Shown here: piece after piece, positions 26,551 through 34,512 of the stretch
Position numbering within the stretch: the first letter of the stretch is position 1
How the letters are laid out: each line of letters opens with the position of its first letter
Source of the DNA: Candidatus Fermentibacteraceae bacterium
Lineage (GTDB): Bacteria > Fermentibacterota > Fermentibacteria > Fermentibacterales > JCC-6
DNA length: 64,000 nucleotides
Direction: 5' to 3'
Assembly: GCA_016936235.1 (NCBI GenBank)
Contig: JAFGPK010000042.1
Coordinates: 32-64,031 of the forward strand
Made by a program: the position numbers and the translations under genes
The notes under the pieces: model-generated
The model's database searches: none
Seen by the model: only the letters and a program-made list of their open reading frames with translations
Told to the model about the DNA's origin: nothing

Positions 26551-28332
26551 ATGAAGAAGATAGTAGTTGGAATGGGAACCTGCGGACTCTCAGCAGGAGC
26601 CCAGGCGACCTACGACAGGCTGGAGGAACTGGCCCGGGAGCATCCTGATGCATGCGTCCTTGCACGGACAGGCTGCATCGGGATGTGCTACAGGGAGCCA
26701 CTGGTCGAGATAAGGGAAGATGATCGAAGGGTCATCTACGGAGGTGTCACTCCCGAGTCGGCCGATGAGATCTTCCGGAAACATGTCCTGGATGGCTTGG
26801 TGATAGAAGACGATAACCTGGTCTATTCATGTGGTCCACGGGGCGAGACATCCGGTGCCGAATGCGGTTTCCTTGACCTTCAGGAGAGGATAGTCCTCCG
26901 CAATTGCGGTATGATCGATCCTGAATCCATAGGGGATTACGAGGAGGCCGGCGGGTATGAGGGACTCAGAAAGGCCCTGACCTCAATGACGCCTGAGGAG
27001 ATAATCGGCGTAATCAAGGCTTCAGGGTTGAGAGGCCGGGGTGGCGCCGGTTTCCCCACCGGACTGAAATGGTCCTTCGCAGCCTCCAGCAAAGGCGATC
27101 AGAAGTACGTGGTATGCAACGCGGACGAGGGCGACCCGGGTGCGTTCATGGACAGGTCCGTACTGGAGGGTGATCCCCACTCCGTGCTGGAGGGTATGAT
27201 CATATGCGGCAAGGCTATAGGCGCCTCCTTCGGATATGTCTACTGCCGTGCCGAGTACCCCCTGGCCATCAGGAGGCTTCAGATAGCCATATCCGCAGCC
27301 CGCGAGAAGGGTTACCTCGGAAGGGATATCCTGGGTTCCGGTTTCGATTTCGACCTGAAGATCAAACAGGGCGCCGGGGCCTTCGTCTGCGGGGAGGAAA
27401 CAGCTCTCTTCGCTTCCATCGAGGGCGAGAGGGGAATGCCTAGGATAAGACCTCCCTTCCCCGCCGAGAAGGGTCTCTGGAGAAAGCCCACAAACAACAA
27501 CAATGTAGAGACCTACGCCAATGTACCCTGGATCATTATCAACGGACCTGAAGCCTTCACGGCTCACGGCACCGAGAAGAGCCCCGGGACCAAGGTCTTC
27601 GCCCTGGCGGGCAAGGTCGTCCATGGAGGTCTGGCGGAAGTTCCAATGGGGACATCAATCGAGGAACTGGTGTTCAGGATAGGCGGCGGGATCAAGCAGG
27701 GCAAGCAGTTCAAGGCTGTTCAGATGGGCGGCCCGTCCGGAGGCTGCATCCCGGCCAGCATGAAGGACACTCCCGTGGACTTCGAGTCCATCCCGGCCAC
27801 CGGTGCTATCATGGGCTCCGGCGGGATGGTGGTGATGGACGAGGATACCTGCATGGTGGAGATAGCAAGGTTCTTCCTGGACTTCACCCAGAAGGAATCC
27901 TGCGGCAAGTGCACCTTCTGCAGGATAGGAACCCTCAGGATGCTGGAGATACTGGAGAGGATAACCAGAGGGGAGGGAGTCCCCGAGGACATCGAGAAGC
28001 TGGAGAAACTCTCCGTGCAGATCAAGGAGGCAAGCCTCTGCGGTCTGGGACAGACGGCTCCAAACCCGGTGCAGACAACCATCCGCTATTACATTGATGA
28101 GTACAGGGCACACATCTTCGACGGGAAATGCCCGGCCGGAGAATGTCAGGCCCTTGTGGAGTTCAGCATCGATCCCGAGAAATGCGTCGGGTGCACTCTC
28201 TGCGCCAAAAACTGTCCTGTGAACGCGATCTCGGGCAAGGTGAAGGAAGTACATGTCATAAATGGTGAAACCTGCGTCAAGTGCGGCAAATGTATAACCA
28301 GCTGCAATTTCGGCGCTGTAGTCACTAGGTAG
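26551..28332 (+). CDS. NuoF/HydB-like FMN/NADH-binding subunit with an N-terminal Trx-like [2Fe-2S] domain and a C-terminal 2x[4Fe-4S] ferredoxin domain
   Basis: 593 aa. The N-terminal cluster domain is GMGTCGLSAGA...TGCIGMCYREPLV. It also has GLRGRGGAGFPTGLKW, VCNADEGDPGAF and ESCGKCTFCRIGT. The C-terminal ferredoxin domain is CVGCTLCAKNCP...CVKCGKCITSC. This extended architecture matches the HydB-type subunits of flavin-based electron-bifurcating complexes. Confidence 0.85.
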   Translation: MKKIVVGMGTCGLSAGAQATYDRLEELAREHPDACVLARTGCIGMCYREPLVEIREDDRRVIYGGVTPESADEIFRKHVLDGLVIEDDNLVYSCGPRGETSGAECGFLDLQERIVLRNCGMIDPESIGDYEEAGGYEGLRKALTSMTPEEIIGVIKASGLRGRGGAGFPTGLKWSFAASSKGDQKYVVCNADEGDPGAFMDRSVLEGDPHSVLEGMIICGKAIGASFGYVYCRAEYPLAIRRLQIAISAAREKGYLGRDILGSGFDFDLKIKQGAGAFVCGEETALFASIEGERGMPRIRPPFPAEKGLWRKPTNNNNVETYANVPWIIINGPEAFTAHGTEKSPGTKVFALAGKVVHGGLAEVPMGTSIEELVFRIGGGIKQGKQFKAVQMGGPSGGCIPASMKDTPVDFESIPATGAIMGSGGMVVMDEDTCMVEIARFFLDFTQKESCGKCTFCRIGTLRMLEILERITRGEGVPEDIEKLEKLSVQIKEASLCGLGQTAPNPVQTTIRYYIDEYRAHIFDGKCPAGECQALVEFSIDPEKCVGCTLCAKNCPVNAISGKVKEVHVINGETCVKCGKCITSCNFGAVVTR

Positions 28333-28341
28333 GAGCGGCCG

Positions 28342-31300
28342 ATGGAGAAGATCAGACTCAAGATCAACGGCAGGGAGATCGAGGCCACTCCGGGGAAGAC
28401 TATTCTTGAAGTGGTCCAGGAGAACCAGCTTGATGATATCCCGACATTGTGTCATTCACCGGAGCTGGAACCCTACGGCTCCTGCTTCGTGTGCGTGGTG
28501 GAGGTCAAGGGAAGGAACAACCTGGTTCCCTCCTGCGCCACCCGCGTTGCTCCCGGCATGGAGGTGGAGACAAGGAACGACAGGATAACGGCCTCACGGA
28601 AGACCGCCCTCGAGCTCCTTACATCCAACCATTACGCCGACTGTGTATCACCCTGCATGGAGGGATGCCCGGCCGGGGTGGACGCCCAGGGATACATCGC
28701 CCTCTCGGCCATGGGCCAGTACCGAAAGGCCGTGGACCTCATACGGGAGACGAACCCTCTGCCAGCGGTGTGCGGAAGGGTCTGTGTACGGAAGTGCGAG
28801 GAAGAGTGCAGAAGGCAGGACATAGATGCTTCGGTGGCGATCAACAACATAAAGAGGTTCCTGACGGATTCACCGGATGCATACGCCACGGAGCCTGAGT
28901 GCGAACCTGACACCGGCAAGACCGTCGGAATAATAGGCTCCGGACCAGCGGGTCTCACCGCTGCGTGGTTCCTCGGGAAGAGCGGCATCAAGCCGGTGAT
29001 ATACGAAGCAAAGGAACGCACCGGCGGCATGCTGCGCTACGGGATCCCCGAGTACCGTCTGCCCGACGATGTTCTTGACCGCGAGGTTGAGTACATCTGT
29101 CGCGCGGGTGCCGAGATCAGGTGCGGTGTGCGGGTAGGCGCGGACATTTCCCTCGATGAGCTCAGGCAAAGGCACGACGCGGTCTTTGTGGGTCCCGGCG
29201 CCTGGACAGGCAAACCCATGAGAGTGGAAGGCGAGTACGATACCGAGGGTGTGGTCACCGGCGCCGATTTCCTGGTCGAAAAGGCCGACAACCCGGAGCC
29301 GCTTTCGGGTACGGTTGTGGTGGTTGGGGGCGGCAACACGGCCATGGACGCCGCCAGGACGTCCTGGAGGCTCAATGCCGACAAAGTGATAGTCCTGTAC
29401 AGGAGGACGAAGGCCCAGATGCCCGCCGATGCCATGGAAATTGAGGATTGCCTCGAGGAAGGCATCGAGATAATGGAGCTGGCAGCTCCCACCGGGATAG
29501 TCAAGAAGGACGGGAAGCTCGCTGCCCTCCAGTGTCAGAGGATGAAGCTCGGCGAACCCGATGCGTCGGGAAGGCGCAGGCCTGTCCCCATCGAAGGCGC
29601 CGAGTTCGAGCTGCCGTGCGACTTGGTCATCTCGGCCATCGGACAGGACACGGTTCTCGAAGGGCTGTTGGAAGCCGGCAATCTGGAGCTTGACCTCACA
29701 CGATGGAACACCTACGTGATCGACGGGAAGACCATGAAGACCAATGTGGAGGGAGTCTTTGCCGGCGGAGACGCCGCAGATGACGGTCCCACGGTGGCAA
29801 TCGACGCAATTCGTGACGGCCGGAAGGCCGCCGGGGCGATCAGGGCATGGCTTCTCGGCGAGGATCTACCGGCGAAGCCCTTCGCAGTGAGGAAGGAGTT
29901 CTGGTCAAAGCCGGGTCACGCTGAGCTTGGTGATATCATGGAGTCTCCCCGCCACGAAGTGCATCTCATAGATGTCGACGAAAGACGGAACAGCTTCAGG
30001 GAGGTTTCCAACGGTTTCGAGCCCGAGGACAACGTCCACGAGTGCGACAGGTGCCTCTCCTGCGGCTGCGTGAGGTTCGACGACTGCAGGCTCAGGCTTT
30101 ACGCCGAGGAGTACGGCGTGGACATGGAGCACTTCAAGGGATACGCCAGGAAGCACAGGGTTGACGACCGTCACCCGTACATCTCCTACGACCCCAACAA
30201 GTGCATACTGTGCGCGAGGTGCATCAGGACCTGCGCCAGGGTCCTGCCGGTGTCCGCCCTGGGCCTTGTCAACAGAGGTTTCAGGACTGAGATGCGGCCG
30301 GCCATGAACGACCCTCTGGTCGCCACGAGCTGTGTCAGCTGCGGCAACTGCGTGGATTCGTGTCCCACCGCGGCCCTGACAGTGAAGTTCCCATTCCCCG
30401 GAAGGGCCTGCCTGGACAGCGAGGACGTGAAGACCCACTGCGCGTTCTGCTCCCTGGGATGCGAGGTCACGGTGAGTACTTTCGGAGAGGGAAGGTACTA
30501 CATCAAATCCTCCGGGGAGCCCGGCGACTACCTCTGCAGGTACGGCAGGTTCGGCCAGGAACTGTTCATCAAGCAGGAGAGGTACTCGGGACCTGTGAAG
30601 AAGGAAGGGTACTCCTATCGGCCGGTCAGCTTCAAGATAGCCTACTCGGGAATCGTTGAGGGGCTTCGCAGGATTGCGGATGATCACGGTCCGGAAAGCG
30701 TCGCCGTGTTCGTCTCCCCTGAGCTCACCAACGAGGAACTCAACCTGGCGGGCAGGATAGCAAGGGAAGGAATCGGAACCAGCAATATAGGTTCGCTGGC
30801 AATACTGTCCGGCGCGGGTCGTTCCGGGGTTCTGGATGAAGCGTTCGGGTTTACGGCCTCCACCTCGGACAGGAAATGCCTGAGGGAAGCCGACCTCATC
30901 GTATGCAACAACACCTCGCTGGAGTCCGACCACCTGATACTTGCGGTGGACGTTATCGAGGCCGTGCGTGATGGAGCCAAGCTGGTGGTGTCCAACTCCA
31001 TCCTGGATTCCACCGACGAGCATATGGCAGCCCTGGCCGTCGATCCCATGAGGGGGAGAGCCTCGATCTTCTGGAACGCCGTCATGCAGGTTCTCATAGA
31101 CGACGGAGACGTGAATCCGATGAATCTCAAGGGAGGGGAGGAATTCCTCCGTGACAGGAGTGCCTCCATCGAACTGGCGGCGGCAAAGGCAGGAGTGGGA
31201 GTCTCCGACATTTACGAGACAGCTGAGCTTCTGCGTTTCTCGGGCAACGTCGTCTTCATACACAGCCCCGACAGGGCCCAGGATGCCTCTCCGGACGACA

Positions 31301-32007
31301 TGGAGATATTCGCAGACCTCACCCTTCTTCTTCGTGATGCCGGAAAAACGGCCGACATTCTCCTGCCCAGGCTGCTGGCCAACAGCGCCGGCCTGGAGGT
31401 CATGGGGGCTGATCCGGCATTCATGACCGGAAGGAAACCGTCCGGTAAGGAGCTTCCCGGAGCTGCCTCCAGCCAGGAGCTCAGATTGCTGCTTGAAGAC
31501 GGGAAACTCAGAGGGGCGTTGATAATCGGCGAGAATCCCCTGGAGTACAACAGGCCCGGCTCGTGGTTCCGCAACACGGAGTTCATTGCAGCCATGGACT
31601 GGACCGATACGGAGACCACAAGGTTCGCAGACTACATTCTGCCAGGCACGACCTACCTCGAGACTCCCGGCACGAGGTGCAACTTCGAAGGCAGGCTTCT
31701 GGAATTCACCGGGGCGGTCATGCCACCTTCGGGCAAGTCCGGGACGGACGTCCTGCAGGGACTTGCCTCAGCCTTCGGAATCGATGCTTCGGTGGACGAC
31801 CTCGATGCCAGGGTCCTGGAGAACCTGGGCGACCTGGCGAGGATCTACTGGAACACCGGTCAGGAACGGCACTGGGACGGAAGCGGGAGGCTCGTACCCG
31901 TGTCTGCTGAAGCAAGGGCCGCATCCATACAGCCGCCCCTGACTCATTCCCAGGAGTACAGGCAGGAGATCCGCCAGGTAGGCACCGAACGCTACCGCGT
32001 AATCTAG
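28342..32007 (+). CDS. Fusion subunit: plant-type [2Fe-2S] domain, GltD-like NADPH/FAD oxidoreductase module, 2x[4Fe-4S] region and a degenerate molybdopterin-oxidoreductase (NuoG-like) domain
   Basis: 1221 aa. The domain order read from motifs is as follows. First, LCHSPELEPYGSCFVCVVEV...PSCAT ([2Fe-2S]). Second, CMEGCPAGVD, LPAVCGRVCVRKCEEEC, TVGIIGSGPAGLTAAWFL, VVVVGGGNTAMDAART and GVFAGGDAA (GltD-like). Third, CDRCLSCGC, CILCARCIRTC and CVSCGNCVDSCP. Fourth, HCAFCSLGCEVTV...LCRYGRFG (MopB 4Fe-4S). The following ~500 aa have no Cys/Sec-His catalytic pair and no H-cluster motifs. Confidence 0.8.
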   Translation: MEKIRLKINGREIEATPGKTILEVVQENQLDDIPTLCHSPELEPYGSCFVCVVEVKGRNNLVPSCATRVAPGMEVETRNDRITASRKTALELLTSNHYADCVSPCMEGCPAGVDAQGYIALSAMGQYRKAVDLIRETNPLPAVCGRVCVRKCEEECRRQDIDASVAINNIKRFLTDSPDAYATEPECEPDTGKTVGIIGSGPAGLTAAWFLGKSGIKPVIYEAKERTGGMLRYGIPEYRLPDDVLDREVEYICRAGAEIRCGVRVGADISLDELRQRHDAVFVGPGAWTGKPMRVEGEYDTEGVVTGADFLVEKADNPEPLSGTVVVVGGGNTAMDAARTSWRLNADKVIVLYRRTKAQMPADAMEIEDCLEEGIEIMELAAPTGIVKKDGKLAALQCQRMKLGEPDASGRRRPVPIEGAEFELPCDLVISAIGQDTVLEGLLEAGNLELDLTRWNTYVIDGKTMKTNVEGVFAGGDAADDGPTVAIDAIRDGRKAAGAIRAWLLGEDLPAKPFAVRKEFWSKPGHAELGDIMESPRHEVHLIDVDERRNSFREVSNGFEPEDNVHECDRCLSCGCVRFDDCRLRLYAEEYGVDMEHFKGYARKHRVDDRHPYISYDPNKCILCARCIRTCARVLPVSALGLVNRGFRTEMRPAMNDPLVATSCVSCGNCVDSCPTAALTVKFPFPGRACLDSEDVKTHCAFCSLGCEVTVSTFGEGRYYIKSSGEPGDYLCRYGRFGQELFIKQERYSGPVKKEGYSYRPVSFKIAYSGIVEGLRRIADDHGPESVAVFVSPELTNEELNLAGRIAREGIGTSNIGSLAILSGAGRSGVLDEAFGFTASTSDRKCLREADLIVCNNTSLESDHLILAVDVIEAVRDGAKLVVSNSILDSTDEHMAALAVDPMRGRASIFWNAVMQVLIDDGDVNPMNLKGGEEFLRDRSASIELAAAKAGVGVSDIYETAELLRFSGNVVFIHSPDRAQDASPDDMEIFADLTLLLRDAGKTADILLPRLLANSAGLEVMGADPAFMTGRKPSGKELPGAASSQELRLLLEDGKLRGALIIGENPLEYNRPGSWFRNTEFIAAMDWTDTETTRFADYILPGTTYLETPGTRCNFEGRLLEFTGAVMPPSGKSGTDVLQGLASAFGIDASVDDLDARVLENLGDLARIYWNTGQERHWDGSGRLVPVSAEARAASIQPPLTHSQEYRQEIRQVGTERYRVI

Positions 32008-32013
32008 GGGGAC

Positions 32014-32080
32014 GGAGGCTTTTTATCCGACGAGGGCGAATAAACAGCTCAAGCGTTTAAAGAGCCTCCAATTTTTCTTT
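32014..32080 (+). terminator. Possible long-loop terminator or element-end hairpin after the three-subunit operon
   Basis: GGAGGCTTTTT (32014-32024) pairs with AAAGAGCCTCC (32059-32069), giving 11 bp with one G-U pair, around a 34-nt loop. It is followed by AATTTTTCTTT. The loop is too long for a canonical terminator. It may instead be a subterminal hairpin of the adjacent transposase unit. Confidence 0.3.
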
Positions 32081-32136
32081 AAGAATCTTTAACTGTTCAG
32101 TGATTTTCCTTAGAGATATCTTCGAACAAGAGCTTT

Positions 32137-32784
32137 TCACGCACCAAGGTTGATACCTCGGGTCTTTTTCATCATGCTGATGTACCATTGTCGAGCCAGG
32201 GGTCTGTTCTTCCTAGTGGCATCCCTGATCTTGATGGCTATCATGGTCTCCGGTGCCATGGAAAGGTATTCCTTCCAGTCATTTACTTCGTTCAGAATCC
32301 TATTGTCCATGCTTACCAGAGGATCATGTTTTTCTACACCAACATGAAACCTTGCGCTGGACCAGTAGTAATCCCATGCCCTGTCGACCATTCCAGCTCT
32401 GACCGGATTCTGTTCCGTGTACCTGACCGCATTGTAGAGGTAGTGCGGACCCAGGGGACTGGAGCCGAACCTGTACTGCCAGAGATGTCCACTCCATTCG
32501 TTCCGGGTGTTCACATGATAGGCGTATCTGGAATGGGCAACCCTGAAGCATGAAGCAAATGAATCCTGCCTTTCGGGTATGGCAACAAGATGGACATGAT
32601 TATCCATCAGGCACCACGATAGGAAGGAAACTCCATACTCAGCTGCGGCCTCTCCAAGAAAGCCCAGGTACTTGAACCTGTCCGAATCGGAGAAGAAGAC
32701 GTTCTGGTTCCTGGTGCCGCGCTGGACAATATGATGTGGAAGCTCCGGTACCACTAATCTCGGTGTTCTTGCCATGGTAAACAT
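32137..32784 (-). CDS. HUH single-tyrosine (Y1) transposase of the IS200/RayT-like family
   Basis: 215 aa. The HUH motif is in CLMDNHVHLVAIP, and the catalytic-Tyr helix is AVRYTEQNPVRAGMV. The N-terminal PHHIVQRGTRNQNVFF is typical of the COG1943-type family. The true start may be ATG 32775 (MARTPRL). Confidence 0.8.
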   Translation of the reverse strand: MFTMARTPRLVVPELPHHIVQRGTRNQNVFFSDSDRFKYLGFLGEAAAEYGVSFLSWCLMDNHVHLVAIPERQDSFASCFRVAHSRYAYHVNTRNEWSGHLWQYRFGSSPLGPHYLYNAVRYTEQNPVRAGMVDRAWDYYWSSARFHVGVEKHDPLVSMDNRILNEVNDWKEYLSMAPETMIAIKIRDATRKNRPLARQWYISMMKKTRGINLGA

Positions 32785-32807
32785 ATGTATATGTAATTTA
32801 CATATGT
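32781..32807. repeat. 9-bp perfect inverted repeat overlapping the transposase start codon
   Basis: ACATATGTA (32781-32789), a 9-nt spacer TATGTAATT, then TACATATGT (32799-32807). It is AT-only apart from one G/C pair per arm. It may be an operator or an element-end hairpin. Confidence 0.4.
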
Positions 32808-33075
32808 CAATCCCTTTTCTGCTGACTGCGGATGATGCGCATGGAGTTATTAATTCCTCTGTGCAGTGACTGTGAAACGTGCATAGAGAGGATGCTATGC
32901 GATTGTCTCATGTTATTATAACTCCATTGACACTTTGTGGCATTGCTTCATATTTTTTTCCTGTGATTGAGGGAAAGGAGTATAAAGAGTAGAATGGTCG
33001 AGGGCTTATTCCGCAGCTGGTTGTCCGATTGACACTCGATTACCATCTGCAGAATGAAGAACGGGAGGTGTTTTC

Positions 33076-33423
33076 ATGAAAAGGATACTGCTGTGGGTTC
33101 TTCCCATCCTGGTTCTGGCCTCAATAGCCATGGCTGGTGGAGGAAGAGGTGGTATAGGAAGGGATCTCGATGTTGCGATAGAACTGACGGATGACCAGAT
33201 AAGGGAAATCACTGATAGCAGTTCTGGAAGAGCAACAGTTAAATTCACAGACGAACAGCTTGAGATCCTTGTTGATGCAGTTCCGGAGTTCGCTTTCGAA
33301 GAAGTCACCCTGGAGCCCATTCACATAAGCAGGGCTGGCGTAGTCGTACTCGGACTGCATGTGCCGGACAGCATTGTCGATCCCAGGTCGGACATCGAAA
33401 TGGACCCGCATCCGTCACCTTGA
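33076..33423 (+). CDS. Small secreted hypothetical protein
   Basis: 115 aa. A GGGAGG box lies upstream. The signal peptide is MKRILLWVLPILVLASIAMA. The mature part is acidic (DLDVAIELTDDQIREITD...FTDEQLEILVD). A good terminator hairpin follows. No family recognised. Confidence 0.55.
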   Translation: MKRILLWVLPILVLASIAMAGGGRGGIGRDLDVAIELTDDQIREITDSSSGRATVKFTDEQLEILVDAVPEFAFEEVTLEPIHISRAGVVVLGLHVPDSIVDPRSDIEMDPHPSP

Positions 33424-33451
33424 GCCGGCAGATACACACATGAACTTAATT

Positions 33452-33485
33452 GAGGGCGAGTTCCAAGCTTGCCCTCTTTCAATTA
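33452..33485 (+). terminator. Intrinsic terminator after the small secreted-protein gene
   Basis: GAGGGCGAGT (33452-33461) pairs with GCTTGCCCTC (33467-33476), giving a 10-bp stem with two G-U pairs and a 5-nt loop. TTTCAATTATT follows. Confidence 0.5.
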
Positions 33486-33741
33486 TTCAGAGGACATCAA
33501 TCCCTGGTGGGATCAACTGAGCTGTATGTCAATTATTTCAGCAATAAACATGACTACTCGAATATCCTTTCATCGATAACCGATGGAATAAGACAGATTA
33601 TTTACTTTCCAATATTTAACATCCTCCGTCCCCATTTAAATGGTACTGATATAATAAACGGTCAAGTTGGCTGGATCGGGCTGGAATGGGTTATGTTCCG
33701 GGTGAATTATAAATATGGACCAATCCAGGGAGGGGTGTACA

Positions 33742-34512
33742 GTGTTACGAGTGGAGGATCTCACAAAGGTATATGAAAAGGGCGGCAGGGGACGTAAAGA
33801 AACCGTAAGGGCCGTTGACGATGTCTCCTTCGATTGCAATCCGGGGGAGATATTCGGCCTTCTCGGTCCCAACGGCGCCGGCAAGACCACAACGCTTAGA
33901 TGTATCTCCACGCTCATTAAGCCCACCTCGGGAAACGTATACATAGACAGGTACAACGTGCTGGAGCACGAGAAGACAATACGGTCCAGGATAGGTTTCC
34001 TCACATCGGACATGAAGCTGGACGGGTTCTTCACTCCCGGCTACATGATGGACTACTTCGGCAGCCTGAACAAGATGGCGAAGGAAGAGATAGGCAGGAT
34101 GAAGGATCTTCTCTTCAATGAACTGCAGATGAATGATTTCGTGGACAAGAAGATAGACAAACTCTCGACAGGCATGAAGCAGAAGACCGCCATCGCCATC
34201 AGTCTTATCCACGATCCGGAGGTGATAGTCTTCGACGAACCCACAAACGGACTTGATGTGATTACATCCAAATCCGTGACGGATTTCCTCCGGAAGCAGG
34301 CCGGGAACGGCAAGACCGTTCTCATATCCACGCACATAATGAGCATTGCTGAGAAGCTGTGCAGCAGATTCGGAATACTTGTGAAGGGCGAGATAAAGGA
34401 ACTGGGGACTCTGAAGCAGATACTTGACCGCAACTCCACCGACAGCCTGGAGGATGTCTTCTTCGGTTACGTACTTCCCGAAGGCGGATCGGGGGTGGGC
34501 CATGCTCAGTGA
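33742..34512 (+). CDS. ABC transporter ATP-binding protein (ABC-2/NatA-like exporter type)
   Basis: Walker A is GLLGPNGAGKTT, the signature is LSTGMKQK, and Walker B is VIVFDEPTNGLD. I prefer GTG 33742, which lies 6 nt after a GGAGGGG box, over the track ATG at 33715. Confidence 0.85.
   Translation: MLRVEDLTKVYEKGGRGRKETVRAVDDVSFDCNPGEIFGLLGPNGAGKTTTLRCISTLIKPTSGNVYIDRYNVLEHEKTIRSRIGFLTSDMKLDGFFTPGYMMDYFGSLNKMAKEEIGRMKDLLFNELQMNDFVDKKIDKLSTGMKQKTAIAISLIHDPEVIVFDEPTNGLDVITSKSVTDFLRKQAGNGKTVLISTHIMSIAEKLCSRFGILVKGEIKELGTLKQILDRNSTDSLEDVFFGYVLPEGGSGVGHAQ

Noticed and set aside
29905-31263. 452-aa minus-strand ORF inside the 1221-aa fusion gene
   Set aside because: It is antisense to a gene with many clear Fe-S and Rossmann motifs. 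Its composition (V/G/R/H-rich) is typical of high-GC antisense frames.
28342-32007. Calling the 1221-aa subunit a formate dehydrogenase alpha subunit or an [FeFe]-hydrogenase
   Set aside because: The MopB-type 4Fe-4S motif is present, but the expected catalytic Cys/Sec-His position reads IGSLAILSGAG, and the domain is shorter than catalytic MopB enzymes. No H-cluster motifs (TSCCP, MPCxxK, ExMACxxGCxxGGGQP) occur anywhere in the three subunits.
33450-33776. 108-aa + strand ORF in the AT-rich spacer before the ABC ATPase
   Set aside because: It starts inside the terminator hairpin of the preceding gene and runs through AT-rich non-coding-looking sequence. It overlaps the better-supported GTG 33742 start of the ABC ATPase in another frame. 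No motifs were seen.
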